Positions 47,875 through 59,629 of a stretch of 64,000 nucleotides of DNA are shown here, one piece after another. Below the pieces are notes generated by a model, which worked only from the letters and a program-made list of their open reading frames with translations, did no database searches and was not told the origin of the DNA. Origin of the DNA: Callorhinchus milii (Eukaryota); the NCBI RefSeq assembly GCF_018977255.1, contig NW_024704743.1:83516001-83580000 (forward strand), written 5' to 3'. A program made the translations under genes and the position numbers. Position 1 is the stretch's first letter. Each line of letters begins with the position of its first letter.

Positions 47875-49305
47875 TATCACATTGTTGAGATGTCTCAAGG
47901 CGCTTAACAGAATATATTGTAAAGTGGTCTGACTATATATTTTGTGGGTGAAATTGTAATGCAATAATTATCACTGGTGGTATTTTTGATTCACTGAAAA
48001 TTGTTGGCAAAACAATCAATGATTATCAAATGATGACAGCAATCTCTACCCCACTTCCAACTTCAGAAAGATGGTATGGCCTGAATCTAGCCTGAAGCCT
48101 GGGTTAGTTGAGTTAAGACAGTATCCTGTGAAGCAGTATTGAAACACACTGTGTAGGCAGCAACAACTATGGTGGTGGACTGAGGTGTGGGGCCAATCCA
48201 TGATATTAAAATCTGAGTTGAGTAGGTGGGGGGAGCAATTCACACCTGAAACTACTTGATACTACCCGACTGGTTTGCCTGTAATTTTCAGCAATCGGAT
48301 ATCACTGATGCTAACTACATTTTTTTCGCTCCAGCTTTCCTAAATAGAAAGAAGCAGTCACCTGCTTTGTAAGACACTTTCATTTATTGCTTTCGCACAA
48401 ACAGGAAACCACTTATTTTACACCACCGCCACGTTCAACCAGCTGAAATACAAATAAAGTACAGTATTGATGCTAAGATGAGGCATGAAAACCACTGTAT
48501 GTGCAAAAAAGTATTCTTCTGTCGACCACTCTAATTCACATCGCTTGGCTTTAGATGAGGTCAAAGAGAGATTTTTTTCAAAAAAAGTTACTTGTGACTG
48601 TTTGTAAATGCAGCAGGAATGAGTGTATCAGTCCAGCACAAATTAAGGTCATAACAAAAATGAGCCTCAACGGAATCAAGAATGTGAAATGAGCCTCAAC
48701 GGTATAAAGATATATGAATTGCAAATGGAATCTGCATCAGCTTCAGTGCCTTCCAGTTTTCAAGCATGTACCACAGGAAATGAGAACTTAACACAACTCA
48801 GTGCTTTGAAAATCACCCTGTTCCTGCAGGAAACCCCTTCACCTCCAATATCAGAAGGGAACTCAAACTATTTAACCTCATTTAAGGTTAATAGAAGAAG
48901 ATGGGAAATTACCTTTTACAGCAGATCAACTACTCTTTTACTTTTATGCTTTCAACGTAACCCTTCAAGACCACTGAGGGTAAGCAAAGTTCAAGATACT
49001 GAAACCCATCCAGCAGCATTACCGTTGCTGGTTGAACTGATGCCACGTGATTCCATATGGCAATATTTATGATGATAGTATCAAATGGAAGAAATGACCT
49101 TTGGTGCTGAATGGTAATGTAGGAGTATGCAGCAAGTCTGTGGGTATCATCATAAAGGTCTGCCTTGTCAAATGACATACTCTGTGATAGAGAGGAAAAT
49201 TGACTGCTCAACCTCACTTGATTGCTAAAAGAATAGCTGTGCAAAAATTGGCTGCTGCATTCATCAACATAATACACAGTCATTGAGCTTTACAGGATAT
49301 GTAAA

Positions 49306-49728
49306 GTGTCAGCCTCCTTCAGTGGGAGCACTCTTGTCTTTGAGTCAGAAGGTCGTGAGTTCAAGCCTCACATCAGGACTTGGAATCACATAGTCTAAGA
49401 TGACAGTCCAATGTAGTGTGTTGCATTGTTGGAGGTGCTGTCCTTCGGATAAGATGCTAAACCAAGGTCCTGTCTGCCTGTTCAAGTGGAGGTTAATGAA
49501 CCCATGGCACTATTCGAAAAGTGTTTCTCCTGGTGTCCTGGCCAACAATCCCCCAAATAAAGTTGGTTACTCACTCAGTGGGTGTTTGTGGGATATTGCT
49601 GTGCGCAAAACTGGCTGTCGCATTTCACCCACAAAATACACAGTCAATCTATTTTACAATATGTCCTGTGAAGCACTTTGAGATGTCTCCATGCCATGGC
49701 GCTATATCAAATGCAAGAATGATTATTA
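49306..49728 (+). mobile_element. Deu-domain SINE, full length; a second headless copy follows in tandem (about 49730..50080)
   Basis: AGCACTCTTGTCTTTGAGTCAGAAGGTCGTGAGTTCAAGCC head; CCCATGGCACTATTCGAA core; GGCGCTATATCAAATGCAAG tail. Confidence 0.88.
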
Positions 49729-50449
49729 CATACCTCACATTGGGACTTGTGCTGACACTTGCTGCTGCTGACACTCCAGTGCAATGTTGTGTGTCCACTG
49801 CATTGTTGGAGGTGTCATTCTGCGGATGTAATGTTAAACCCAGGTCTCATCTGCTTCTTCAAGTGGGTATTAAAGAATGTGTCATTATTTAAAAAGAGAG
49901 CAATGCTTGTTACCCCAGCAGTCGTCCAGATTAAATGGTCATTCACTCGATGGCTGATTATGGAGTTTTGCTGTGTGCAAAACAGCTACAACTTTTGCCT
50001 ACAAAAAATGTCACTACATGTGAAAGTAATTATCTGCGAAGTGCTTTGAGACATTTTAGATGCTATAAAAGACAAGTTCTTGAACAGCTCCATGATTAAG
50101 TAGTGAAGCAGCAGTCTGTAACTTTGGAGGATTTATCGTAAATAGATATAGACCGGAGCCCTTAAACAGCATTGTCTTTCCAGGCATGGTTTTCAAATTA
50201 TATTGGTTTATTATCAAAACATCAGAATATGCTACTTTGCTGCTGTTATTTGAGTGAAGGTTTATCTTGTGAATTGATTCTGAAAATGTATTTTTCGTGC
50301 TAGCAGCTTTGGGGTTACAGTAAAATATCCTCTGAACCAAAGTGATTCTCTGAAGATTAACATCAGAAGTTCAATAATGGACACTAACAACAAGGGTATT
50401 ACTGCAGCTGTAGGCACAAAATGTTAAGGTTTTTCTTCATTTTTCTTCT

Positions 50450-50712
50450 ATAGAACCATAGAAATATAGAGCACAGAAGAAGGCCATTTGCTCAATTGTG
50501 TCTGTGCTGGCTAGTTGATAGAACAAGTCTTTCAGTCCCATTTATCTACCTTTGCCCCAGTCAGCTGCAAATGGTTCCTTTTTAAAATATCTATCCAATT
50601 CCCTCTTGAAAGCTAATATAGATCCTGCTTTGGCCACTGCTCCGAGCTAAGCATTCCACATTTTAACAACTCTCTGTCTCAAAAAATTCCTCCTAATTTC
50701 CACCTTTGCTAA
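50450..50712 (-). mobile_element. CR1 LINE 3' end interrupted by L2 (resumes about 51137..51170)
   Basis: TAGAACCATAGAA...GAAGAAGGCCATTT...GAAAGCTAATAT; colinear with 21759..22060 across the L2 insert. Confidence 0.82.
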
Positions 50713-50717
50713 TGATC

Positions 50718-51134
50718 CTCACCTACAAGGCCTTGCTCCCTCCTACCTCTCCGACCTACTATCCCCCTACCTACCCGCCCGTACCCTCCGTTCCTCTGGC
50801 TCCGGTCTGCTCCACATCCCCCGCCCCAACCGCCCTACTATCAGTGGCCGGGCCTTCAGCCTCTCAGCCCCTAGGCTCTGGAACTCTATCCCCCAGTGCC
50901 TTCGCCTTGCCTCCTCCCTTTCCTCCTTCAAGGCCGGTCTCAAGACCTTTCTCTTTGACCGTGCCTTCAGCTCCCCTCTCGACTCTCTACCCCTTCCTCG
51001 CTCCCTCCCTTCCCTCCCCTCACCCTGACCATTTCCCCCCTGTTCGGGTCCTGACCCAACTGTACAGCGCCTTGGGACGTCCTCCCGACGTGAAAGGCGC
51101 TCAATAAATGGAATCTTGTTGTTGTTGTTGTTGT
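50718..51134 (+). mobile_element. Young L2 LINE 3' end
   Basis: Near-identical to 57165..57595; perfect stem-loop at 51066..51101; (TTG)n tail; TGATC on both sides. Confidence 0.95.
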
Positions 51135-51199
51135 TGATCTTAAATAGTTGCCCTTCAGTCACTAACTCGCAGACTGGTGGGGCCTATCTTCCCCCCACC

Positions 51200-51570
51200 C
51201 TACTTGCGTCCCAACAGTACCAGTCACCCAGTATTAGGCAGGATCCTTGACAGTGAGTGTTTGCAGATTATTTGCCTGCGAGGACTCCATAGCCAAGCCC
51301 ATTCCCGTCCTCACTCAACTTGCACACCTCCTGCATCTTCCCACTGCAGCTGTAGGCAAAAATACTCTAAACTCGAGCATGTCCAGTTAAACCATTATTG
51401 ACTGAGTAACATTCTGGGATGTTTGGCTTACTGCAGTACCTACTGGGACCTTTGCCCACTAGGGTTATCTCTCACCAATTCTCCCTTGCCCCCTTTGAGA
51501 GCAATATCTGAGCTGTGCTTTGCAGCTCCCTCCAGCAGCAGAACTGAGATCACCAACTCAGCATCACAGT
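51200..51570 (-). mobile_element. Ancient SINE-like repeat, second family
   Basis: CTGAGATCACCAACTCAGCA is the reverse complement of the family block TGCTGAGTTRGYTGATCTCAG; GACAGTGAGTGT and AGCCAAGCCC..TCC.GTCCTCAC blocks. Confidence 0.55.
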
Positions 51571-52434
51571 ACCAAATAGTAATTTCAAAGTCAGGTTGAT
51601 GACAAAGTAATACCCTGCAACTGAAGGTGACAGAGTGCACTGGTCGGTGACTATGTAAACGTGATACAATCACAGAATTCCAGTGCAGCAAACCACTTCC
51701 CATTCACTCTCATTGCCTGGAATCCATGACTCAAGCATAACTCTTTAAATGGAAAATCCTGATTGAAGCATAAAAGGTGCACTTATTATCAGGTTCGGAA
51801 TTGCTCAGCTCGCTAAACAGAGTCAACCCACTGTTAAACTTCATCAGAGGTACACGTACAGGCAAAAAAATCCAATCATTTTTATGAAAATGTGCTTTCC
51901 ATGTGCGTGTTCTCTGTTCACTCAGATTGAATTGCGAGAGAAATTATCATCTGTGCTGTGCAAAGATTTGCAACTCAGCAGTTCTTTATATTTTTTAAAA
52001 ATTATGCATCCAAGAGCAATCTGAATCCTATTATTTGTTGAAGACATTAGGTGCAGAACTAGGATCTGCTTCTTTAGTTTTGGGATAATGGGGATATTTA
52101 TTTTCTTCCTTGTGCTTTTACATATCCTCAACTAGAAAGGTTATAAAGGTAGCCTGCTCACAGTTCTCAAGCTTCTCAAGACACATTGGTCAATTAACAT
52201 AAATAAGAATAATCATTGCATTTCATACATCATCTTTCACATCAGGAGGATTTACTGTAAAGTATAGTGACTGTGCATTTTGTAGGCAATGAGAAGGATA
52301 TGGAAAAATATTCTTATAATTTTCCTTCTTTTCCTGCGGGAATGTGCGCATGTCAGTCATTCACTGCCAGCAAGACTGAGACTGGAAATCTAGCATCAAG
52401 AGAGCAAGAACCCAGTATTTTGTCTTAAATCACA

Positions 52435-52610
52435 TAGAATTGTGGATATTTCTTAAATTCATTCTTAATTTGGAAGCCAATACTTTTTAAGAGGAAAACT
52501 GTCTTCCAAGTTAAGAATGAATTAAAGAGTTCACAACATTTTTTTATGATATCAAATTTTAAACAGAAAATGGTTTTACGGGCTGACAAGGTATAATTTC
52601 AGTCTTCTGA
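52435..52610. mobile_element. Palindromic MITE-like element (partial)
   Basis: Inverted core AATTCATTCTTAATTTGGAAG / CTTCCAAGTTAAGAATGAATT. Confidence 0.6.
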
Positions 52611-54489
52611 CCATCTGATCATTACATCTGGTGCTCCAACCTACCTAACATCCTATCATGCTATTAAAATGTAAATTCCTTTTCAAAAAGCAGCTACAAA
52701 ATGTAAAAGACTTGGATGCGCCCAAACTGGAAATTTGCAAATGGGAAGAGAAAAAAAGGACTTCCTACTTATAATGAAAAGATGTCAGTATAAGAGCGGA
52801 ACTAACCAAAAATAAGCACTGAAAACAGGAAACTAAGGAGAAATAAGCAAGGGGGAAGAAGAAGAAAGGAGAGAATTAGCACAACTAATATCATATAGTA
52901 AGTGTAATGAAGTATATGCCAGATTGCTGTGCAATAAAAAAAGTTGAGCAAAGTACTTGATTGATAAATAATACACTGTTCTCTAATGCTACTGAAGCTT
53001 CCATTCTAGTTACAATTATATTTCTCATTTTGTAACATTAAATATGGAAAATTCCCCTCAGGAGCAAAATGAAGTTTGCTAGCTCAGACAAATAGGTTAG
53101 GGTCTAATTTATGTTTTTTTAAAATATTGCACGTTTATAGGGATTATTTCCATTAACTGGCAGTCCATTACACCTTAATTAACATTTCAAATAAGAAGCG
53201 TGATTGAAGCCAGGACACTGGGCTCATTTGTTAAAAAAAGCTTGATGCTGTAATAGGCGTAAGGTAGGATGGGTATTCTGGAAGGATGAGATTGGATGGG
53301 CCAAAGGGCTTCTTCATCTGAACCAACCTTGGTGTCTTGTGACCAATGGGAACTCCATTCTGACACAATCGACTTCTGAACAGGCATTCCTGTGGGTCAA
53401 TGGGAATTCCTTATTAAACAATCCCATTAAAGGAAGGCAATTAACTGACATAGCAAATTGCCTGGTTTTATTGTAAATTGGGAAATTATAAGCAAGAATA
53501 AAATACTGAAACCAGAAAAGATGAAAATACAAAACTTTGTTTTTGCAATGATTTTTGAGCTCATATAAGTTATCTCATATCTTCCAGTCATTGGGGCCAG
53601 AATTCACCAGAGATTAACCAAACCTTTGATTTCCAGGGGATAGGAATTACCACTGATATACAATGGGCTTTATGATCAAAACAGAACATACAAGAAAAGA
53701 TTGTAGTTAATTATTGATGTCTCTGGAGACTAAGGGTCAGGCAGTATTGTTGCAGAACTTAGTTTGTGGTAGGACCCAGTCCATGGAAGGATGGGTCAAA
53801 TGACTCAAATGATTCTTTCTCATTCCAGGCTTTATGTTCTGATCTCCGTGACTTTTTGAAACAGGACATTTTAAAATAATTGCTGGTTATTCTAGAAGAG
53901 GGAATTAGGCTTAAAAAGAGGAATTCAAATTGCAGTCATTCTGTCTTGTTTATAAAGAATGTATAGTTATTAATCTTCTCCTCCATCACTGGACAGATCT
54001 AGGTCTCCACTCCTACCCTTGTGATGTCCATTAAGTTTCCAGTAACAAAGTGCCCATATTACCCGATTAAAATCAAACTATAGCTTAAACCTGACTAATG
54101 CCAGTTAATTACCCTCACATTCTCTGGGAACATCTTGGTGCAAGACCTTAAACGTAATCTTTGATGTGAAGTTTCAAATGCCTTATTTTATGTTTTTGCC
54201 TTTTCCAGCTGAACGGCTCCAAGCTAGTTTCACTTCGTTAGTTTTTCTTCCCTCTTAAACCGGTACTTAAGCTAATATTATTTTGATATTTTCATGCAAT
54301 TCCTGTTTTGCCTGTGTCAACATTTGCGATAATGCAACGATCGAATTGGAATGGTGTTTGTTTAATATTCAAACGTTGAGGTGAAAATTGCAACCTGTGA
54401 CGTGTTAGTTTAGCTGGTGATAAGAATCACATCACTGATAAATGGGTAAGACTCATCACGGAGATCAATCACCTACTAACAGTTGATGT

Positions 54490-54789
54490 GGAGTCCTGTA
54501 GCTCAGTGGTTAAAGCAAGCGACCTGTGTTCGATTCCTGGCAGGGCAAAACCTTGGGCAAGTTTCCTTACTCCACACGCCTGATAATAATCCCTCAAGAA
54601 AAAAAATAATAATTTGGGCACTCAATCAACGACTGTTTGTGGGACACTGTTGTGCGCAATTGGCTGCCGCATTTCACCCACAAAATATACAGTCAATTCA
54701 CTTTACAGTATATTCTGTGAAGCGATTTGAGACGTCTCGAAGACGTGAAAAGCAATATATCAAATGCAAGGATTATTATTATTATTATA
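54490..54789 (+). mobile_element. Young SINE, short subtype, anticodon arm partly deleted
   Basis: GGAGTCCTGTAGCTCAGTGGTTAAAGCAAGCGACCTGTGTTCGATTCC..., Deu 3' block and (ATT)n. Confidence 0.92.
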
Positions 54790-55239
54790 AGATTGTCTAT
54801 GAGTCTAACGCACCCATCACAGTGATTGTGCACACAAATCAGACCACACAGCGGCATTGTACACCCAGCTCAGACAGGAGAGCTGGTTTGCGATATTGGT
54901 CTGAAATTGATCTTTATTCAAATTTTAAGGCATATCACCTATGTTAGGAGCAAGTCAGGAGTCATTATTTTCACCCCACCAGCTTTCTTTTGAAAACAAG
55001 TTGCTTTGCTGAATGGGAGAAATGGAGCTGCTCTGGAAAAAATTGTGTAACTTTTGGACACAAACCACTGGAGTTGGGCTGGTATCTGCTGGCAACACTG
55101 AGATTTTCAGCTCTAATCATTACCCTAGGTGTGTGTGTGTGGGGGGGGGGGGGGAGAAAAGTGGTCAGTCCTTAGGTATAGATACAATTATCAAGCCTGC
55201 TATGAAACATTGCATTTTCCCCGCATTGTTCTTCTTACC

Positions 55240-55621
55240 TCCTAGGCCAGCTCTACCTCTGCGACCTCCTAAATCCTTACCATCCTGCTTGCTCTCTCTG
55301 CTCAGCAGGCTCCAGCTTGCTTCACGTCCCCTGCCTCGCTCGCCCCACTATTGGTGGGCGGGCCTTCTGCCAGTCTGCCCCCACCCTCTGGAACTCCATC
55401 CCACAGTCCCTCCGTCTCGCCCCCTCCCTTGCCTCCTTCAAGACCTGTCTCAAGACCCTCCTCTTCGACTGTGCTTTCGATTTCCCTGCTTTCCCCTGCC
55501 CTCCACCCTCCCCGATCCCGACCCCCAGCTCGGGTCTGAAACTCTGTCTTGGGCCAGGGCCTTGGGACGTCCTCCCGACGTGAAAGGCGCTATTCAAATG
55601 TAATTTTGTTGTTGTTGTTGT
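55240..55621 (+). mobile_element. L2 LINE 3' end (third 3' UTR variant)
   Basis: LHVPCLARPTIGGRAFCQSAPTLWNSIPQSLRLAPSLASFKTCLKTLLF; stem-loop; (TTG)n. Confidence 0.93.
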
Positions 55622-55764
55622 ACACCTCTATTTATCAGGTTATTTTCTCTCTCCCCTACGTTTTGCCAGGACATGGGGTCTCCATATAGGCTTCTTCTAG
55701 ACCCCCATTAATGCTGCTTTCATGCTGGACACCTGAGTGTATGTCCTTTACTCAGTTTTTAATA

Positions 55765-56109
55765 ACAATCATTGCACATTTCACATCGCGCCTTTCACAT
55801 CAGGAGGACGTCTCATAGCATTTTGCAGGACTTCCTGTAAAGTGTAGTGACTGTATTTTATAGGTAAATGAGGCAGCTAATTTGCACACAGCAATGTCCT
55901 ACAGACAGCATGAAGTGAATGACTCATTTTTATTTGGGGTATTATTGGCCATGAGACCACGAGAAAGTCCCTTTTCTTTTCTTCACCGAAACAGGTGGCT
56001 AGGGCTTAATTTAACATCTCATCTAAAATATGCCACCTCCAACAATGCAGCACTTGAACCCACAATTTTCTGACAGAGGTGAAAGTGCTACCAACTGAGC
56101 CAGGCTGAC
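55765..56109 (-). mobile_element. Deu-domain SINE with internal deletions
   Basis: Head GTGCTACCAACTGAGCCAGGCTGAC (reverse complement) and tail GCGCCTTTCACATCAGGAGGACGTCTC. Confidence 0.8.
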
Positions 56110-56712
56110 ATCAACACAGCAGAGGGACAGACCCGCAGGCACAGACCAATCTTGTTTCTCTATACCTATGTGTGCCGGGCTTCATCAACTTCAGGAGAAT
56201 ATACATTTCAGAATGGTTACTTAAGATGTATTGTGAGCAGGAGATGCGGGTTCCTCTTAAAACCATTGTCATGAAACTTGAGTTGGAGTAGAATTTTGGG
56301 AACTTCTCAAATGTAGTCATAATTTTGAATCTGTTTTTCCACAAAAGCCTACTAAAAACATATCTCTTCAACCTCACTTTTGGTCAATGGATTTAAATTT
56401 TATTTTCCTGTTTGCTGTCGATACATTGCTTTTGTCAAGCCTTCTGCGATACTCTTTTATGTGAAAGGCACTGTACAAATACAAGCGTTTTTTTGTCAAT
56501 TGTCAGTGAGCAAATCTTATTTTTAGTTTTTAATAAATGCCAGTGTGACTGCTGAGAATGTCACTGGTTACAGTTAATAGTGCCCGGAGGCATGAGACTT
56601 CAGTTTCTGCTGGTACCACAGATTTAATTATAAGTCTTAACTCACGGTGACAATAGTCAATTTGCTGACGGAGTAGTTGAATTGTATTTGTTGACCAAGG
56701 AACCTTCTTTGA

Positions 56713-56726
56713 GTGCCACCTGCTGG
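56713..56726 (-). promoter_or_regulatory. Candidate CTCF core motif
   Basis: Minus strand CCAGCAGGTGGCAC matches CCASYAGRKGGCRS at all 14 positions, in non-repeat sequence; motif only. Confidence 0.35.
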
Positions 56727-56786
56727 TTAAGAGTGGGAGCTGCATGGCATCAAGGAAACTGTTTGCTTCCTCATTCGCTTGCCTTT

Positions 56787-57034
56787 ATAATAATAATAAT
56801 CCTTGCATTTGATATAGCGCTTTTCACCTCTTCTAGACGTCTCAAAGCACTTCACAGCATATACTGTAAAGTGAATTGACTGTATATTTGTGGGTGAAAC
56901 GCGGCAGCCAATTGCGCACAGCAGTGTCCCACAAACAGTCGTGGATTGAAGTGACCAAATTATTATTCTATTTTCTTGAGGGATTTTTATCAGGCGGGTG
57001 GAGTAAGGAAACTTTACCAAGGTTTCGCCCTGCC
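56787..57034 (-). mobile_element. Young SINE, short subtype, 5'-truncated after the B box
   Basis: Tail through GGTTTCGCCCTGCC. Confidence 0.9.
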
Positions 57035-57164
57035 TTGTGATGCTAGTCATGTTGGAGTTCACAAGGAAAGCTGGTAGTTACAGATACAATCTTCAACAAG
57101 AGCAGAGAAGTACAGTATTGTATCTACAGTAGATGTACTCACTGGTATGCTTTGAAATAATACC

Positions 57165-58016
57165 ACAACAACAACAACAACAAGATTCCATTTATAAAGC
57201 GCCTTTCACGTCAGGAGGACGTCCCAAGGCGCTGCACAGTTGGGTCATGACCCGAGCAGGGGGGAAATGGTCAGGGTGAGGGGAGGGAAGGGAGGGAGCG
57301 AGGAGGGGGAAGAGAGTCGAGAGGGGAGCTGAAGGCACGGTCAAAGAGAAAGGTTTTGAGACCGGCCTTGAAGGAGGAAAGGGAGGAAGCAAGGCGAAGG
57401 CACTGGGGATGGAGTTCCAGAGCCTGGGGGCTGAGAGGCTGAAGGCCCGACCACCGATGGTAGGGCGGTTGGGGCGGGGGATGTGGAGCAGACCGGAGCC
57501 AGAGGAACGGAGGGTGCGGGCAGGTAGGTAAGTGGATGGTAGGTCGGAGAGGTAGGAGGGAGCGAGGCCGTGAATGGTCTTGTAGGTGAGGATGAGGATC
57601 TTGAATTCGATCCTCTGGGGGATGGGGAGCCAGTGGAGGCGAGCGAGGGTGGGAGTGATGTGGTCTCGAAGCCTGGTGCGGGACAGTACACGAGCTGCAG
57701 AGTTCTGAATGACCTGCAGCTTGTGGAGGGAGGTGCCAGGAAGGCCGATGAGGAGAGAGTTCCAATAGTCCAGCCTTAAGGTGATAAAGGCGTGGACCAG
57801 GGTTTCAGCAGCGTGAGGGGTGAGGTAGTGCCGTAGTCTGGCGATGTTCCGAAGGTGATGGAAGGCGGTGCCAGTTGTAGTGCGGATGTAAGGGAGAAAG
57901 GACAGCTCAGGGTCGAACAAAACGCCGAGGTTCCTGACTGGCTTTGAGAGGTGGAGAGTGCAGCCTTGGATGCTGATGGTGTCAGCGCCTGAGGTGCGGA
58001 GGCGCTGACGTGAGAT
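57165..58016 (-). mobile_element. Young L2 LINE, longest copy (about 850 bp, 5'-truncated)
   Basis: (TTG)n tail, stem-loop, pyrimidine-rich 3' UTR and ORF2 C-terminal region. Confidence 0.96.
57271..58016 (-). pseudogene. L2 ORF2 remnant (end of RT domain and C-terminal region), frameshifted after WNSIP
   Basis: VRNLGVLFDPELSF..HLRNIARLRHYL..ETLVHAFITLRLDYWNSLLIGLP..KLQVIQNSAARVL..HITPTLARLHWLPI..IEFKILILTYK; no start, endonuclease or YADD region. Confidence 0.9.
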
Positions 58017-58109
58017 CATTTCACAGAATCATAGACAATGATGACACAGTAGCAGGCCATTCAACTCATAGTATTAGTTCAGTAGTTATATCCTCCAATC
58101 ATGCCATCT

Positions 58110-58400
58110 CTTCGAAACCCAATTCACAGTCTAAGTTGACATTCCAGTGATAGGGGAGCGCTGCATTGTCGAAGGTGCTGTCCTTCAACGAGAAGTTAAA
58201 CCAAGGTCCTGTTCAGGTGAAAAGAGAAGGGAGTTTCTCCCAGTGTTCTAATTGACAATACCCCAGATAAAATGTTTTTTTCACTTCATTGCTGTTTGTG
58301 GGACATTGTTGTGTGCAAAATTAATTGGCTGCTGTGTTTTCCCACCAGTAAAGTTAATGAGGGGGGGTCACTAACTTTACAGTAAAATCCTGTGGGTTTT
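58110..58400 (+). mobile_element. Deu-domain SINE, partial
   Basis: GCGCTGCATTGTCGAAGGTGCTGTCCTTC...GTTAAACCAAGGTCC...GCTGTTTGTGGGACATTG. Confidence 0.78.
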
Positions 58401-59059
58401 TAAAATGTAGTAGATTTTGTGATGTATTGACAATGTGATAGTTGATATATTAAATTATGTATTGACTATTATTTACTATTATAAGTCTAAAATGGAATGC
58501 ACACTCCCAGGCTGGAGGTTGCTCTCACCCATTCTGCTTACAACAACAACTTGCATTTATATACTGCCCTTCACATGGGATAGCGTCTCAAAGCACTTGG
58601 GCATAAATTTATGTACAGATTGGCAAGAGCCAAAGTTTACGGACCCTAAAGTGTGCGTTGGAGTATGTGTGGAGTTTAACCAGTTAAAACAGCACAGCTT
58701 GTCATTGAGAGCACTACCTAACAAGCTTCCCATTGTTTATCCAGCTTGGAATACAGTACCCATTGGAGCTTTAGCTTACAGTGATAAAAGAAACTGATTG
58801 GAAAGAATACTTACTGATCTGCCTATCCTTATTCTGCCAATGAGTTAAGCTGGACAATCTGCCATCAGCATTGCACTGGAGTATCTTGGACCCACCTAGC
58901 TCAGTAACTGAATTGCTGAGATTGCCAAAGAGGATTGAGTCAATTGTGATATTCTGTTGCCAAGAAATATCAACTTGGAGTTAGCTCAGACCCAAGGAGG
59001 ATGGAGGCACTTGCCTGCCTCACAGCATCAAGAAACTGTTCCACTATTACAGCATCAAG

Positions 59060-59367
59060 AAACTGTTTTCTTTGGCAGATGGGTCAGTAACCAGAGGACA
59101 CAGATTTAAAATAATTGGTAAAAAAGGGTAGACAAGGAGAAATTATTTTACCCAGAGAGTTGTTATGGTCTGGAATGCACTGCCTGAAAGGGTGGTGGAA
59201 GCAGATTTGATAATAGCCTTCAAAAGGGAATTAGATAGATACTTAAAAAGGAATAATTTGGAGTAAGAGTGGGGGAGTGGTACTAGTTAGTAGCTCTTTC
59301 AAAGTGCCGGCACAGGTACGATGGGCCGAAGAGCCTCCTTCTGTGCTGTAGGATTCTATCATTCTAT
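59060..59367 (+). mobile_element. CR1 LINE 3' end
   Basis: KLFSLADGSVTRGHRFKIIGK..RRNYFTQRVVMVWNALPERVVEA..FKRELDRYL; ends GGGCCGAA..GCCTCCTTCTGTGCTGTAGGATTCTATCATTCTAT. Confidence 0.92.
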
Positions 59368-59429
59368 AAAGTTGTTTCTTAAAAGAGTCCAGTGTTCTGA
59401 CCTCAAACACCCTTCAAAGCAAACAATTT

Positions 59430-59625
59430 TAGGCTTGAAATTCCACCAAGTCTCAGCCAAGAAGACTATTTTGCCTTAAAAATGTAGAATTGTGCAGGAT
59501 TGTGGAAAAAGGCTTAATTTAGTCTTAGTTTGGAAATAGTTCTTTTTAGCAACAGTAAAAAACCTGCTTCCAAATTGAGGGCCCCATTGAAATCTTTTCT
59601 ACAGGACTAAGATTGCAGAATTGCA
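59430..59625. mobile_element. Palindromic MITE-like element (partial)
   Basis: GGCTTGAAATTCCACC terminus; core AGTCTTAGTTTGGAAA / CTTCCAAATTGAG. Confidence 0.55.
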
Positions 59626-59629
59626 GGCC

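Noticed and set aside
48658..48717. Two-copy repeat AAATGAGCCTCAACGG with about 30-nt period, considered as CRISPR-like
   Set aside because: Only two units with similar intervening sequence; an ordinary tandem duplication in a vertebrate-like genome.
57192..58019. 275-aa ORF as a host gene or active element
   Set aside because: It is a 5'-truncated L2 ORF2 piece with a frameshift after WNSIP; it lacks the endonuclease and catalytic RT motifs.
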